DNA of 64,000 bases from Phoronis australis. Taxonomy: Eukaryota > Animalia > Phoronida. The first letter of the stretch is position 1; every line of letters starts with the position of its first letter. The notes beneath the pieces were generated by a model, which saw only the letters and a program-made list of their open reading frames with translations, was not told the DNA's origin and did no database searches. The stretch covers positions 330,260 through 394,259 of the forward strand of contig NMRA01000017.1 in assembly GCA_002633005.1 (NCBI GenBank), given 5' to 3'. Position numbers and translations under genes: made by a program. Of the stretch, positions 27,071-41,199 are shown piece by piece.

Positions 27071-28138
27071 TAGTGCGTGAGGCAAGTGTGTAGTGTATTA
27101 TTTGATAACACTTTCTTTTATTGAATGTATGCCATTGAGGAGTCCTTGATCTGAAATACACCTGATAATAAAAACATTCATGCTAAGTAAGCTTCCCAAA
27201 GTATGTTTCAGTTTGTTGGATTCAATAATGCGTAACGATGCTGTAATAGGGCCGTCCCGGATTCCGTGGCAAGTCTCGGATTGCACGGCAATAGAAATTT
27301 CCTTTGTCCCTGAGATAAGAAAGCGTGTGACCTTGTTTTGGAAATAGGCACATTTTCATGTATCTTGTTGATGTCGAGAAGGCAAAGAATTTCAGATCAC
27401 GCATCCGCAGGTATTTGTCCAGTTTATGAAACGTTTTCATGTCGGGAGTTGTAGCCAACAGCACAGCAGTAATACTTCGTTGGCATTGGGACTGCGAATA
27501 GAGTAATGCAACCGAGAAAAACAACAACTAATAACATGTTAAACTCCAGTGACACGAAAATGAGGCAGCAAATGTGCTGACGGATGTTTGTGGCATTGCG
27601 GTAAAATATGCTGAGATTCGAGTATCGCTGTGTTCGGGGATGGCCTTATTTTCTGTGGTATCCACATTGTTTCCAAGGTGTTTTCAAGCATTTATTAGTC
27701 TGTCTTTTCTGATGCCCATAACCTGTTCACTACACAATTGTACACACTTCCATGGCTGTTCATGTGTGCCAGTCTACCTTTCACTACCATTTAATCAATG
27801 TATTTCCTTTGTTTCTTGTCTGGCCTTTGTTGACACTTCCTGTTGTCTTCAAGTCAACATTAATTATTTACACAAGAATTCATGCTACATATGTCTATTA
27901 AATTTCATTTTAGCTTTTATACAAAAGTTAAGGTAGGATAACAAAAATTGGAATGCACGTCACAATATACATTGTCGATAGTCAAATTCCATTACACCCA
28001 CATGATAAAATTACATGTTAGGAAATTGGATACTAAAGCAGAGCTAGCTTTTATGTTGTGATAATAAAAACTTAAGTCATCTTTACCTGTCTGCCACCAC
28101 TTACTTCAAAATACTGCAATATTCAAAATCTGCCTTCT

Positions 28139-28152
28139 GTTGCTATAGCAAC
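28139..28152. promoter_or_regulatory. RFX X-box-like palindrome GTTGCTATAGCAAC
   Basis: Perfect palindrome (18 bp with flanks) matching the RFX consensus. Confidence 0.4.
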
Positions 28153-29651
28153 AGCAGAACGCTAATGACAACTGTTTTGAAAAGGTACAAAAACTCATTA
28201 GTAGTTAATACTTCAAGGCAAAATTTGTTGGTGATGTGCATTTTGAAGTAGATTTTCTTACTCCCATTGAAAGATCTGATAGTAGCAGACATTTCTGCTC
28301 CCAGTCTCAAGTGTCTGTCTGTGATCTTGTAGAGCTTAGGGCACTATCACTAGTGTTTGTATTGCCATCATCAACTACACATTTTGATTAATGTTCTCAT
28401 ATTTATATATACTGAGCTCCAAGCTAGTGTTTGCAATCAGACGTCCATCGATTATCATTGATAGTTGTTGTTAACATATGGTAACTGCCTAGCTTTGTTA
28501 CCTATAATCCAGTTATAAATACTAATTTTCAAACCAAATACTTAAAATGTTCTTGATGAATTTGTTCTCAAAATCATGCCTGATGATTTGACTAATGATC
28601 ACGTTCTGCTACTAACTCGTAAACGTTCACAACTTAAACCGTACAAGAAATTCAAGTTGTAGCCAAGTGGCTACTTACCTTCCGTGATTATTTTCGTGCA
28701 CAGCTTCTGTTTCTGGGATTATTGAGGTTTTAAAAAATGTACGATTTGAGGAGTTGAAAATGTCTCCATTGATACTGGCACCAGCCAGAAATGCACTAGA
28801 TAGCATTTTACTATTTTTTAACGACTTGCAATTTTTTTTTTGTTCTCAAGGCCCTGTGGCTGGTTTTTATGCAGAATATCCTTTATTGCCATTTTAATTC
28901 CTGTTACTATAGATTATAGAATTTAAGAAGTTATTATCTTTCAACCGATTAAACAGGTTTATGTGTTACGACTTAAATATTGTAGGCTGCAATTTACATC
29001 TAAATCCCTGAATTAGTGGCTGAGAGAGAGAATTGGGATTTTTGGACCTTTAAACAAATGAAAGGAATCAAAGTGATTTATTAGATAACTGAAAATCCTG
29101 TTTGGACTGTAAATATTCGGAATAATGCCCAAGCTAACGTATGCACCAGCCCCTGAATTTTAAGAATTTTTGCTTTAGCACCCACTGCTCGGGTACGCAG
29201 CCGCTCATCTACCTTTGGGAATTGTCAATTAATTGCCCACTGCTTGGTCTAGTGCCCACCCCTAATTTCATTCTCTGGATTGTTAGGCACTCTTTCAAGT
29301 GTAGAACCAGTCAGATTAGTTTCCAGTTATAGTTTAGTTGTTGTTTCTATTGGTGTCTTCTGAAATACATTAAAAGTTACCAAGATGTTGAAATTGACTC
29401 TTAACTGAAACCATAGTCAGTCATAGATTTCCATTTTTTGCTGCAACAAATTTATTTTTCTAAAGAATTAGTTTTGCCACAATTTAAAAAAAGTTCAACC
29501 TAGTTGTTCACCTTCAAAGGTGGCTCAGTCATAGTGGCTCACACACTATATAGGTAACATCTTCTTTGTTTGAAATTATGCATAAACTCAAATTGTATAT
29601 TTTGAAAAACCTTGATAATCACAGAGAAGTCATGTTCACAATAATAATACT

Positions 29652-29865
29652 TAGCCATAGGCAGTCACATGGCCATGCACTCACACAGCCATGCACTCAC
29701 GTGGCCATGCATTCACATAGCCATGCAATCACATGGCCATGCACTCACATAGCCATGCAATCACATAGTCATGCAAACACATAGCCATGCACTCACATAG
29801 CCATGCACTCACATAGCAATGCAATCACATGGCCATGCACTCACATAGCCATGCAGTCACGTGGC
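29652..29865. repeat. Minisatellite, 16-bp unit (CCATGCACTCACATAG)
   Basis: About 13 tandem copies. Confidence 0.95.
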
Positions 29866-31565
29866 TGTGTTTTTCCCCTATAAATCATGTTTTACTGAGG
29901 TTGTTGCAATTTGCACAAACATGAAATTTTCCGCACAGAACTTAAAAATTCTGCAGCTTCTTTATAGCATGTACAGCAGGGGAACTCAGCTTTCAAAAAT
30001 GAAGACTTGGCTTTCCTTGAACAGATCGAGTATTGATTTTTGATGGTTCTCGGTCTAAAAGGCCTTACTGTGTGAGTGCGTGAATTAGACCCATGAGGCT
30101 GTATCTGGAACAAGGCTTTATCAAACATATTCTTTTGTCAGGTGTTTCACATACAGGCACATGGGAATTAATTGCATATCTATGGTAAGATACGCGCGAG
30201 AACTCAGCTATCAAAAAAGAGTGATCTTTTCAAGTCATGTCAAAAATTATGAACAAAACCATTAAAAACGCTTAAAATTTTCTTGTAACATTTAGTATTA
30301 AAATTGTATAGACGTCAACACCTACCATTTTGTAATTGATAAATTTCGTGTAGGATTTCAGAAATTTGCTTGGAGGTTTTACTTAAGTATTTGATAAGTA
30401 TGCGGTAAGTGTAGTCACTTACACTTAATTGCAGATATCGACTGCAACTTACTTTACAGGAGTACACGCACTCCCAGACATGCCCTTGAAGAAGAGAGCA
30501 GAATTCTTGTAAGAATGTTTTGTATGAACAATTCCATGTCTGTGGAAGTTGTTTCCTTGAAAAAAGGCAATCAGATGATTATAAATATCTTGGTTGTTAT
30601 GATTGTAAACAATAAGTTTCTGACATCCTCCAGTATTTTATAAGTAGTCTTGTTAGTTTGTGTGACTTCATGCCTGTTGATGTCACATTTATTTTGTACA
30701 AACAATTCATCATAAGGCATTGAGAGTGGTTTTCTTCTCACATTTCACAAACACTCGACATTCTGCTTCTAAATTCACCTGCTGACCCGTATCTAGTCAA
30801 GTGACCATGGGAGATTCCACGTTATTCAAATGGACCCCCTATCTCAAATGTAGACCCCCTAGCTATTACGTTCTATTCAGTATGTGGACGTCCAAGTTAA
30901 GTAAGCAAGTAACTATCTGTGTCTCGTAATTTTCTAACAGCATCTTTTGCAAGTCTTTAGCATGTTCAGAATAAATAGAGTTAAGATGTGGTGTAAGATA
31001 CAAGGGAAAATCAAAAATTGGTCGGTCTTCAAAACCGCTTGCCTGGACTTCAAAACCAGTCGTCTAGATTGCAAAACTAAATGGCCGGCGACCAAATACA
31101 TTGTCCAGACTTTTGATGGTTTAGGCACCCTACAAAAGGGTCGTCTATTTTAAAACAGAGCTCTAGAGAAGATTTTGTATCCTATTGAGGTAGTGTATTT
31201 ATGGTAGTGTATCTATGAAAGGGTGGCTTTTAATAATGGTGATATGTAACTGTCAAAAAGGGTCGTTATTGTGTTGTTTCTGTGTAGTGGCAAGGACAAG
31301 GCCCTGAGGTTGAAAACAATTTAGTCTTAAGTATTGCACTGCTACTATCAGTCACAAAAACAAAACCATGAAGTCTTTTTTCTGTGATTCATAGACAAGT
31401 GAGTTGTGTGTGCGTGCATGTACGTATGTGATTGCGATACGTGTGTGCAGGGACGTTTTTCTTGTTAATCTTTGCCCATTTTACTAATTTGTTTAACTAT
31501 AGTTTAGTTTCCTGTTGTTACCAATTTTTCAAATACAGTTCCTAACTTGTGTTTAATTGCCTATT

Positions 31566-31579
31566 GTTTCCATGGTAAC
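31566..31579. promoter_or_regulatory. RFX X-box GTTTCCATGGTAAC
   Basis: Near-perfect match to GTTNCCATGGNAAC, next to a candidate small exon. Confidence 0.5.
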
Positions 31580-31609
31580 CTTTTATTTTCATTTTTATGT
31601 CTCCAAAAG

Positions 31610-31615
31610 ATGAAG
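31610..31615 (+). CDS. Candidate 6-nt microexon ATGAAG (or end of a phase-1 first exon MSPKDE from 31597)
   Basis: Pyrimidine tract then AAAG|ATGAAG|GTATGT; both readings are compatible with phase 1. Confidence 0.45.
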
Positions 31616-32114
31616 GTATGTAAACTGCACCTTGTAATCATAACCTTTGCATTTCGTAGCATGATCTTTCGCCTCTGACCTTTAACCTCAGGTCACAGAG
31701 AATATGGCCTATGTTTTGTGCCTTAAATAGAGTGAAAACGTGGATGCAAAACAAGATGAAACTTATTTTGCTTTTCTTTTAAAACTGCTTATGCTTATTT
31801 TGTTAATTTCAGTCTTCTTAATAAGTTTCATAAAATTCCCATTACTGTCTTTATTGTAACTGGCTTGTAAAAATAATTTGCTTAAAAAACTTGGCCTCAA
31901 CATGTTTTGTTTTTTTTTCACATAAAAACATGTCTTGCACTTTTCATTTGTATTTTACTTTGCTATTCATGTTTTTGCTGTTTTGCCATCATTGTATTGC
32001 ATCTAAACACCAAGCATTTAGCTGGACAATAATCTAATCTGAAATGTTTAGATTTGTAAAGTTGTGTCTCAAGTAGATCTTCAGTGATGCTTGCTCACCT
32101 AATCTGTGTGATAA

Positions 32115-32250
32115 GACAGCAGTGTGGCTTAGTGTGATAGGTGCCACTTTCTTTAGGCCATGGGTTCGAGTCCCACTGGGCCAGATTGCTAGACCCTTGA
32201 TTCAGGTTTCCAGTTCGTTTGCTCAGTTTTAACTATACATTAATAAAGCA
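32115..32250 (+). mobile_element. tRNA-derived SINE-like element
   Basis: A-box TGGCTTAGTG, B-box GGTTCGAGTCCC with T-stem TGGG/CCCA, AATAAA tail; no full cloverleaf. Confidence 0.6.
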
Positions 32251-32479
32251 CAAAAATAGTTCCAGGTGATCAGTGCAATGGGCCCACATGCGCAGCCTGC
32301 ACACGTCTGCTGCAACCTGTACCAGACCACCTGCAATTGTTTTTTTTTAATCTGTGTGATTATTTCATTTGATATTTTGAGAGTAGTTCTCTATACTTTG
32401 TGTGAAGTTTGTATACTCCTTTACCTCCCTTGTGACTTGATACTAAATTCATCGAGGTTGAATAATTGTTACTGAAAAG

Positions 32480-32492
32480 ATGAAGCCAAAAG
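32480..32492 (+). CDS. Weak candidate first exon (MKPK, phase 1)
   Basis: AAAAG-ATG; 4 codons + 1 nt; donor AAG|GTACGC; shares AAAAGATGAAG with 31605-31615. Confidence 0.3.
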
Positions 32493-32512
32493 GTACGCTG
32501 CTTTATTTAAGC

Positions 32513-32980
32513 TAAGACTACATTACCCAAGCTTGGACTGTATTATTCAACCTTGGACGACTATGTTATTGAATCTAGGGCTATATTATTCAAGCTTGGA
32601 CTATATTATCCAAACTTACACTATATATTCATGATGAACTTTATCATTCAAGCTTGGACTGTATTATTCCACCTTGGACTGTATCATTCAACCTTGGACT
32701 ATATGATTCAAACTTAGTCTATATGTTCAGGCTTAGACTGTATTATTCAGGCTTGGACTGTATTGTTCAAACTTGAACTATATATTCATGCTTGGACTAT
32801 ATTATTCAAGGTTGTACTATTTATTCAACCTTGTACTATATTATTCAACCTTGGACTTTTATTCAATCTTGGACTATATATTCATCTTTGGACTTTATAT
32901 TCAACTTGGACTAAATTATTCAAATTTAGATGACGTGTTCAAGCTTGGACTGTATTATTCAAGCTTGAAATATATTATTG
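32513..32980. repeat. Degenerate minisatellite, about 20-bp unit (TATTATTCAAGCTTGGACTG)
   Basis: More than 20 diverged copies. Confidence 0.92.
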
Positions 32981-33556
32981 AACTTTTTGGGATTAATTTA
33001 TTCAAGGTTCTAGCTAAGTTAGAAGTGTGGCAGACATTTTTATTTTGGTGCACTTGAGGGTACAGACAGGGGTTATATGTTTATTTTGGTCACCACTCTG
33101 CTAACAAGTTTTGGTTGGTTGTGGAATTCTCAATATGTGGTGTCTATCGATACCCAATGATCATTTTATAAAAACGTGCCTGTGGGTGAATTGACACACA
33201 TGGCTTCAAGTCTATGGATCAATTTGGAGGACTTATGGGCCACGTTGTTTTTTTGTCTTTATTCACTTATTTTAATGCATCCCTCGCATTGAGTTAACCA
33301 ACCAAAGCACATCAACGGAATTATTTTTGTGCCAATGATACAAAGCACACTCCTAAAATTCTCCCAGTATACCTGATACAGTAAGCTTGACCAGCTATCT
33401 TATTCAAATTTGCAGAGTAATCAGGTTAGGAAGAGAAAAGCTTTTCCAAGCTTGAGAGTCGATGTAGAAAAAGGTGACTGGTCCAACAAGCTTTCTTAAA
33501 GATTTTTTACCAACCAATCTCATTTACTTTACTCATCATTTGTCTTTTACAAACTA

Positions 33557-33655
33557 GGTTAGTAAATTAGCAATGGTTAGTAAGTTAGCAATAGTTAGTA
33601 AGTTAGCAATGGTTAGTAAGTTAGCAATGGTTAGTAAGTTAGCAAGGGTTAGTAA
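33557..33655. repeat. Minisatellite, 18-bp unit (GGTTAGTAAGTTAGCAAT)
   Basis: About 5.5 copies. Confidence 0.95.
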
Positions 33656-35046
33656 TTTAACAAAGCTTGTATTGTCCGGTGAGGTCAGTTTCAGTGTTTC
33701 CTTCAAGAAGAAGACTGAGGCATTGTTTTTACAATCAAAATAAGATTAATTACTGAAAAATTCCCAATGGCTTTCTCAAAAGAGACCACTGCTTTTAACT
33801 TTGTCATCAGCAAATGGGTGTGATTCACAAAATGCGCAATCGATGCACTTGGATAATTGAGCAGGAAATCTTTGTCATATTGCACCGAGTCTTTTGTATG
33901 TATGCTTGTTAATGAACTCAAACTGTTAAACCTTGTTTTGGAAAGTCACAATCTTGTTGTTCATGTAAATAATTGTACATTATATGTGAATTTCTATTTT
34001 TATTTCCTTTAAGGTGACTTCCAATTTTGTACAAAAATCTGTTTTCATGCGCCTCCTTATAAATATATTCATGCATTATGTTGTCATTCCCGCGCCTCCA
34101 GCCATTCTCCCTCCTATCTGTCCATCTGGCTTCCGCTGCTATCTCCAAAACACTCCACTGGATTTTCATGAAAATTTGCTGACATGTTCCTATCATGCAC
34201 AGGACTGGGTGATCAATTTTTCAGACAGATCCGACTACTGGAGAATCCTTTAATGGGAATTTTAGCTTTTTCATTTGTCTGTGTATCTTCAGAGTTCCCT
34301 GACAGATTTTCATGGAGTTTAGCTAACAGGTATCTGTGGTGGCTGACGCCTTCTCTTTTTTGGATGGATTTGGCAGATGTGTTCCTAGGAAGCTGGTGAC
34401 AGAGGATGATGGGTGTTGGACTGATACGACTACCACTCTGCCCCCTGGTGACAATATTAATTTTTGTGTTTGATATGTTGCATATAAGTTTCTGTTGAAG
34501 AGATGAACATGCCTTACCAATTTTGTGCCTTTTAATGGCAATTTTATGAAACATCTCTAGAAGCACAATGTTTGCGGTGTTATCGTGGGTGCATTTCAAC
34601 ATTCAGCATTGTTTTTGTATTATTTTCAAGTCTAGTTTTAGGCATCTATCTCTCTATCTGGCAAACCACTCTATTAGTATGAAAATTGGCATACCGGTAT
34701 GTGTTCCTACTGGGAAGAGTATGGCTGATGCGTTTCAGAAGAGTTTGACTGCTGTGACAGCCCCTAGTGGCAGTTTTGTTTTTTTGTTTGTGTCAATTTT
34801 ACTTTTTCTACCTGTGGTTCAGTACAAGTCCATGAATGGATCTTCAGGAAATTTTAGGCGTGTTTCTATGTAGGAGAATATAACCGATGTGGATTTTTTG
34901 TCCAGAGTCTTCTATTGGCAATTTATGTGTTCCTTCAGTTTGCGTTTACTTTTATATCTGCTAGGTTCCTTGTTAGAAGTTCATGACATTTGGCAAATAA
35001 GTTACCTAGACAATGCATGCACACTGTTTCAGATGAATTTTGCCTT

Positions 35047-35458
35047 CCAGAATTTTCCGTAGATAAGCCCATGAGCGTGTATTTGGAAAATGAAAATTTT
35101 CAGGCATTTCTGAGTAACACCAAATAAATGCCTAGGTGTTTATTCAGAAAGGGGGCATGTAAACAGAAAGTCATAGCCTCGGCTGATATGAAAACATTAG
35201 CGATTTTTTGCATAAAACTGCTTTTAATTTTAAGTTAATAAATACAAAGTTCACCAGCTCTTTGTTCGTTTTTTGTAAATAACAAATGCTCCACAAAATT
35301 GACTTTGTGGCTAAAAGTTGATGCTGAGTGGACACTTGACACCAGAAGTAATGTAACACTAAATAAATGCCCATGAGTGTTTATTCCGCATAATTTTTCG
35401 AGTTAACTCCCATGCATGTAGCATTTCATCATGTGGGTTTATCTATGGAAAATCCTGG
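35047..35458. mobile_element. Degenerate MITE
   Basis: Imperfect TIR CCAGAATTTTCCGTAGATAAGCCCA / TGGGTTTATCTATGGAAAATCCTGG; internal repeat TAAATGCC..G.GTGTTTATTC. Confidence 0.65.
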
Positions 35459-35464
35459 CGTGTT

Positions 35465-35478
35465 GCGCCCTCTAGTGG
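35465..35478 (-). promoter_or_regulatory. CTCF-like motif CCACTAGAGGGCGC
   Basis: Exact match to the bilaterian CTCF core consensus CCASYAGRKGGCRS. Confidence 0.5.
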
Positions 35479-36945
35479 CCTTTCTATTGTTTTTGTGTCC
35501 TTTTTGTCATCTACCTCCCTATCATCCAAAATCATGATAAAAGGTGGCAGGTGTGTTCATATTATGAGAGCATTTCTGACTTAATTTCCATCCCCTAGTA
35601 GCTAGAGATTATTATTAATTTTTTAGCATTGCTGCCTTTATTGGGAAAGTTTTTCATAATGACGATCTCTAGTATCAACAGTATATGTGATAATCGTGGT
35701 AGGTATATATATCAATGCTCTTGTTGGTTTTGAAAAAGCTTTCATTTCAATTTCAAAAATTTGGTCTCAGATCAATATTGTTTGAACCGTTCTTGCTATT
35801 AAGCTGGGAAAATAAATTTTTTAACTTTGAAGCTTGGACCATGTCGGCGGTAAGAATTTCCAAAATGTGTTTCATTCATCGAAATAAATCAGAGATCACT
35901 TATTGTATAAACTTCCAAACACTGGTTATTATCCTGTACTTGTAACATGCCTTGAGAGTCCATAAATGTCAACACATGTGGGGCCACCTATTGGACAATT
36001 GAAAAACAATTCTTGTAATGTTAGGATTGCTTCCATTCATTGAGTCGTGTGTCATATATTTGAACTGATGTTGCTTATTGGGTTGTCAGCTTGTCTTTGA
36101 TACCATCAATAAAAATAACTAGTTACAGTTTCTAAAAGAGCATTTTTTATTTTATGCAACTTCAAGTATTTGTCATAAAAGCCCTGTTTTTATAGTCCAT
36201 CATGCAAAAAGTGCCAAAGTTTATAAACATTTCCTTGGAGTTTTTATTAGAAAGGTATATGAAAGTTTCATATGGATCTGATTAGCCATCTCTGAGATAT
36301 GATGTTACCAGCCAAGGTTGGCTAATTTATGTGGTCCTGCAGCACCTTATGTTGTTAAGAGCCTATTGGTTGGCATTATCTTGCTCATGTTCACAGACAG
36401 CAGCTGGTTGTAAAATGGTGACTTGTGTGCAGTACATTATAGAGCTGTTTATTTCACAAAACTGTATGGGCAACGCAATGGAATTATGTAGTCCACGGTA
36501 ACATTATGGATTTCGCCATAACTCTGTGGATTCCACAATAACTCTGTGGACAGTATATTAACAGACTGCTGACAGTCCATTGATCTCTTCTACACTCTGA
36601 TTCTCGTCTCCAAACTTGATTTGTTCTTGTTTGAAGTTGACATTTTCAAGTTAACTTAATCATTATAGCATATAGGGCCTGTGTTCTCGGTGCTGAGTCA
36701 ACATTAACTTTGTTGGCTAATTTGCATATATGCATTAGTGCCTAAAGCAAGATGCGTAAGGTTAAAGTTCTCTGTCCTGTCATATACTAGCCAATAATGG
36801 AATGGCATTAAGAGAGCGGCTGGGGCTCTTATCTGCAAACTCAAAATTGATTTCAAAATTATTTTTTATATTTTTCATCCTGCTTCAACACAAACTCAAG
36901 ATAACGGTCTATTAATCAGTGCTCGAGTACGGTATGCTACTCAAA

Positions 36946-38348
36946 CCATATTCGCCCTAATAACCACCCAGGGGGACGCGTATTGTAACCCAAGGTGGTT
37001 GAAACCCGGTGTCCGAAATGGGTGAAATCGGAAGCAAAGATTCATCATATTTACGCTCTGTGACGTATCTGTAACCCATGACAGACTTTCTACAAAATTG
37101 TTGTGCATTGCTGTCAAACTTTATTGTTAAATTACGATCATTTTACAGAAAATTGTGCTGAAATCATAGGGCGAAAACTCGCCGACTGATACATCAGTGC
37201 CTCGCAATCGTCGATATGGCAACTTGAATCCTTGAATAAAAATTCAGTTTCGACTCAAGCAAATAACCTGAAATCCTTAAGTTTTCCAAATAGCGTCCCT
37301 AAGATTTTTAAGTTCCCGTGGAGTCGGGATTAAGGGCAGGTTAAGTCCAAATCTGTGCTATATCATGCTATCTATGATCGTAGGCCGACCCGGCAACACA
37401 AGAAAATCTCTGGACGATCACACGTTGTTGTCACGTGACGTTTGTTTAGAAGTTTGTCTGCGTGTGTGAGTAAGCGAGCGCGTGCGCGTCACCAGAGTTC
37501 ATTTGCCAGAGTAAACGCAATCTAACGAGCTAGATGTGCATTGTGTCTGCAGAAATTAACTCAAGCAGTAAAGAAGAATGTGTTTTATTCAGCACTTACC
37601 AGTCTCATCTGCTAAAAAGGTTCGACAATTGTCTCGGTAAGGCCCATATGAGTCGCCCTGTGGCTGGATGCGTACGTGACTGTCTGACAGTTATTTTTCG
37701 TGTGAGAGGGTGCGTTAGCATTCAGCTGTCAGTGGTCATTTTATCGGATATTTGGCTTTAAAAACACCAATGATGGTTTATTAAATAATGCCTCTTAAAA
37801 ATAATGCAAACGCTTTTTATGGTTTTAGAAACTGTCGGAAATTAGTCCCAATATTTATTTCTTGCCAATGCTATGCTACCCGTTGTGAATAGATAGGTCC
37901 TGAACATTCCTGGCCATGTGCTTTTAACACAAAGAAATTTGGAATCCTATTGAGGGAGAAGGTATAGAATCTATACGGGATAGGTTCAATCTTGTTGACA
38001 AGTATGCCGTGTCTGTTATGAAAGGCCAGACCACAGTGGGACAGTTCATAGCAAGATCAGCGAAACTTGTGTTCTTTTGAGAACTCGGCGAAAGTTTGAA
38101 GTGTAATAGTCACGGCTAAATACCGACATAATGGCGAGGCTGATGGTCTAGATATTCTGCGCAGTGATTTTTTCATGACTGCCAAATCTCGTTGATAAAT
38201 TGAAGACGTTACTGAGGAATTTTAGCGCTGTAGGTAAGGCATTTTTCGCATGTACATGTTCGTGGGCTGGGCACTTATTTCAGCAAAGTCTGGAAACCTG
38301 TGTGGGGGGTGCTTATTGGGGCATGTGCTGTTATTAAGGCGAATATGG
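36946..38348. mobile_element. 1.4-kb non-autonomous TIR element (Tc2/pogo-like ends)
   Basis: TIR CCATATTCGCCCTAATAAC / GTTATTAAGGCGAATATGG-TA; CpG-rich interior. Confidence 0.75.
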
Positions 38349-38778
38349 TAGGTGAGTTTTTAGTCCAAGTTTCAACTTGATGGCCCTAAGATCAAACCCA
38401 TAAACTTGAGTAAAAACTCGATTCCAAGGAAAAACTTGAAATTTGAAGTATTGATCCAAGTTAAAGCTTTAAAGCTGGGGACATGAGGTGCTAACCAGTT
38501 TGTGACAGTGCTGTATTGGATGTGTCTTAGAGACATACCTCTTGGTATTGACCTGCCTGCATTGCCCCTATGCTGAGTAAATGGTTTACTGAATAATTGA
38601 TATTATGTAACTCTTTACAGATGTAGTAAATAATATACTGTAGTAAATGATATACTGTGTATGATATGGAAAGCTAAAATAGAAAAAGAATTGCAAAATA
38701 TTTATTTTGCCGTGCAGAAATTGAAATAATGCCCAAAACCAAGATAAAAATAACTCCCCGTTTCACTTCATTTTCAAA

Positions 38779-38888
38779 ATAACAAATAACATCATAAGAC
38801 ATTGTGGTGCATAACAAATAACATCATAAGACATTGTGGTGCATAACAAATAACATCATAAGACATTGTGGTGCATAAAAAATAACAT
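38779..38888. repeat. Tandem repeat, 32-bp unit x3.4
   Basis: ATAACAAATAACATCATAAGACATTGTGGTGC, three perfect copies. Confidence 0.96.
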
Positions 38889-39155
38889 TTCACAAGTTAT
38901 GAACATAGTAAAAAATGTGACCACAGCAGAACAAAAAGCACTGGAGAAATAAGTTTCATGTGACCACTTGGAGTATGTGATCATGAAAATGGCGACATCA
39001 TTCACTTGAAGCAAGATAGCAGAGCCAGATGGTGAACCTTTGAGAGGCGATCTGAGAGATGTGGTGCTGTCTACACTGAGTTCATATCAACATTGTTGGT
39101 GAGACCGGCACTCAAGACTTAGCCCATGTGTAACTAGTATCGATGTCATCACGTC

Positions 39156-39381
39156 GAAGGGTCTCATGTCCCTGAAGAGTCACGTGCCCCTGAAGAGTCA
39201 GGTGCCCCTGAAGGTTACGTGCTCCTGAAGGGTCACACTGCTCCTGAAGGGTCATGCTGTTCCTGAACGGTCACGCTGTTCCGGAAGCGTGACGGTTCTC
39301 CTGAATGGTCACATGCTCTTGAACAGTCATGAATCATTATGTGCTGCTGAACTGTCACGTGCTCTTGAATAGTCACGTTCT
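39156..39381. repeat. Degenerate 18-bp minisatellite (CACGTGCTCCTGAAGGGT)
   Basis: About 12 diverged copies. Confidence 0.88.
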
Positions 39382-41199
39382 TCTGGCATTGTTTTGTTGG
39401 TATGTGATTTGGTTCTGTCATGGTATGGAATATTTATGATTTGTTTTTGAATGTGTGTATGAGTACAAAATGTCCTGGGCAGAGTTCATTAGCTCTCTCG
39501 TGGCTAGAAAATCTAGCCAAAATCACGTGCTCTCCTTAAAAATCATAATACATTGAATATCTCGTGTTATTTTTTGAGGTATTGGTTTTCTAGCGGGGTC
39601 CTAGTGTAACTAACTCTATCTCAATTAACGTTGAAATGGAGGTATGCTTGTTGTAATGGAGGTATGCTTGTTGTAATGGAGGTACTCTTATTCTAATGTA
39701 GAGACCCTTATTGATTATGACATTTGACAAAGTTAAGCTTAGCTAATGCCTTGCACCCAGGTATACTGGTATAAATACTATTTACCCCTGTGAGTAAACC
39801 AGCTGGGTTATGCAATAATATTGAGCAACCTTGAATAACAATTAGCTTCAGCTTTGCCAAGGTTGGCTACTGTTTTAGATTTTGTCAGGAAGGAATAATG
39901 AAGCATAGCGAATTTATTAGACCATGAGCATGTTCAACACTGAGTGACTTGGGAGGGGGGGGGCCTGAAATATTTTGCAGTGTGACAGATGTTTTGTGTA
40001 GGAGATTCAAATGTCCACTTCCACTACATTGGTATCATTCCAAAGACCCCCCCCCAATTCACCAATGGACTTCATGTATTTTTGTTATTTCTTTCTGTGC
40101 ATGTTGTCATGGTGTGATGGTCCATTTACAACAGGCACCAGAATAGTGGTATGCTGTTTTGGTGATCACCAGAATAGTGGTATGCTGTCTTGGTGATCAC
40201 CAATGAGGTCTTGCGTTAACTGGTGTGCTAATTTAGAACGAGCTGTGATTTAGTTGCATCTCGTGACATTGGTTTAATGTGGGAATTTCACTGCATGTAA
40301 ATTAGTTCATGCCATGAAGTTTTTTATCCAGTGTCAACTCAGACTGTATTTTTTGACAGAATGACAAATCCTGTTATGGATTGCTATGTCTGTGCTTTCT
40401 TATGCCTTTCTGAACATCCCGTTTAAGTTCACAATTGATCAGTTTTTTAGCTCTGTTCTATGTTAACGATTATTTATTGAGTTCATAATTGAAATGCCTA
40501 ACTACAGTAACCTGCATTGAAATTCATAATTAAATTGGATGTGTAATTATAATTCCCGCTGTCAATTACAATAAAGGTTGACTGGGAAATCAATAGGTCT
40601 GTTTATATATCAGGAACGTTTTGTTTAAAATAGCTATTTTAGTGTGACACTTGACAGCCACCTGGCAGTGACAAAAGAAAGCTCAAACTTACCAGGAACC
40701 CTGTTCCCATATGCACTTAAGCTGTGACAAATCTTGCATTAGCAGAGTTGGTAACTAATAAGTGGAAGTTGGACCAGTGTTTGTGTATCTGTTTTAAAGT
40801 GAAAAATCTACGGTGATTGGGAATCATGTCTTTTCTCTGACGTCCTTCGTATGTCAGAAGGCGATAAGTTGGACACTTGGTATCAGTGACTGAATGCCAG
40901 TTGTCAATGTTAATGCAAGCTTTGTCTGCATTCATAGTCTGGATAATTTGCATGCAGGCAATCATCTTGTAAGAGTGTGATAGGACTAGAGTCAGGAACA
41001 AATTGCTGTTTGTGTCAGTGTGGGAACGTGCATTTGATCATCTCACTTTGACTTGCAATGATGAATTTGTATTTTATTGCGGCCAGAGTCTGTTCATATA
41101 CAGAGTAGCAACTGAAAGACTTCCATCGTTGTTTGTAAACTGTTGTTCAGTGCTGTGTTGTCTCAGCACTTCAAACGTGAAAGTGTCGTCACGTGAACC

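Noticed and set aside
32115-32185. Functional tRNA gene
   Set aside because: A and B boxes are present but no acceptor or anticodon stem forms; treated as SINE-like
38983-39098. Frame MKMATSFT*SKIAEPDGEPLRGD... with an in-frame TGA
   Set aside because: No SECIS visible, the donor would be phase 2, and it sits between two tandem repeats
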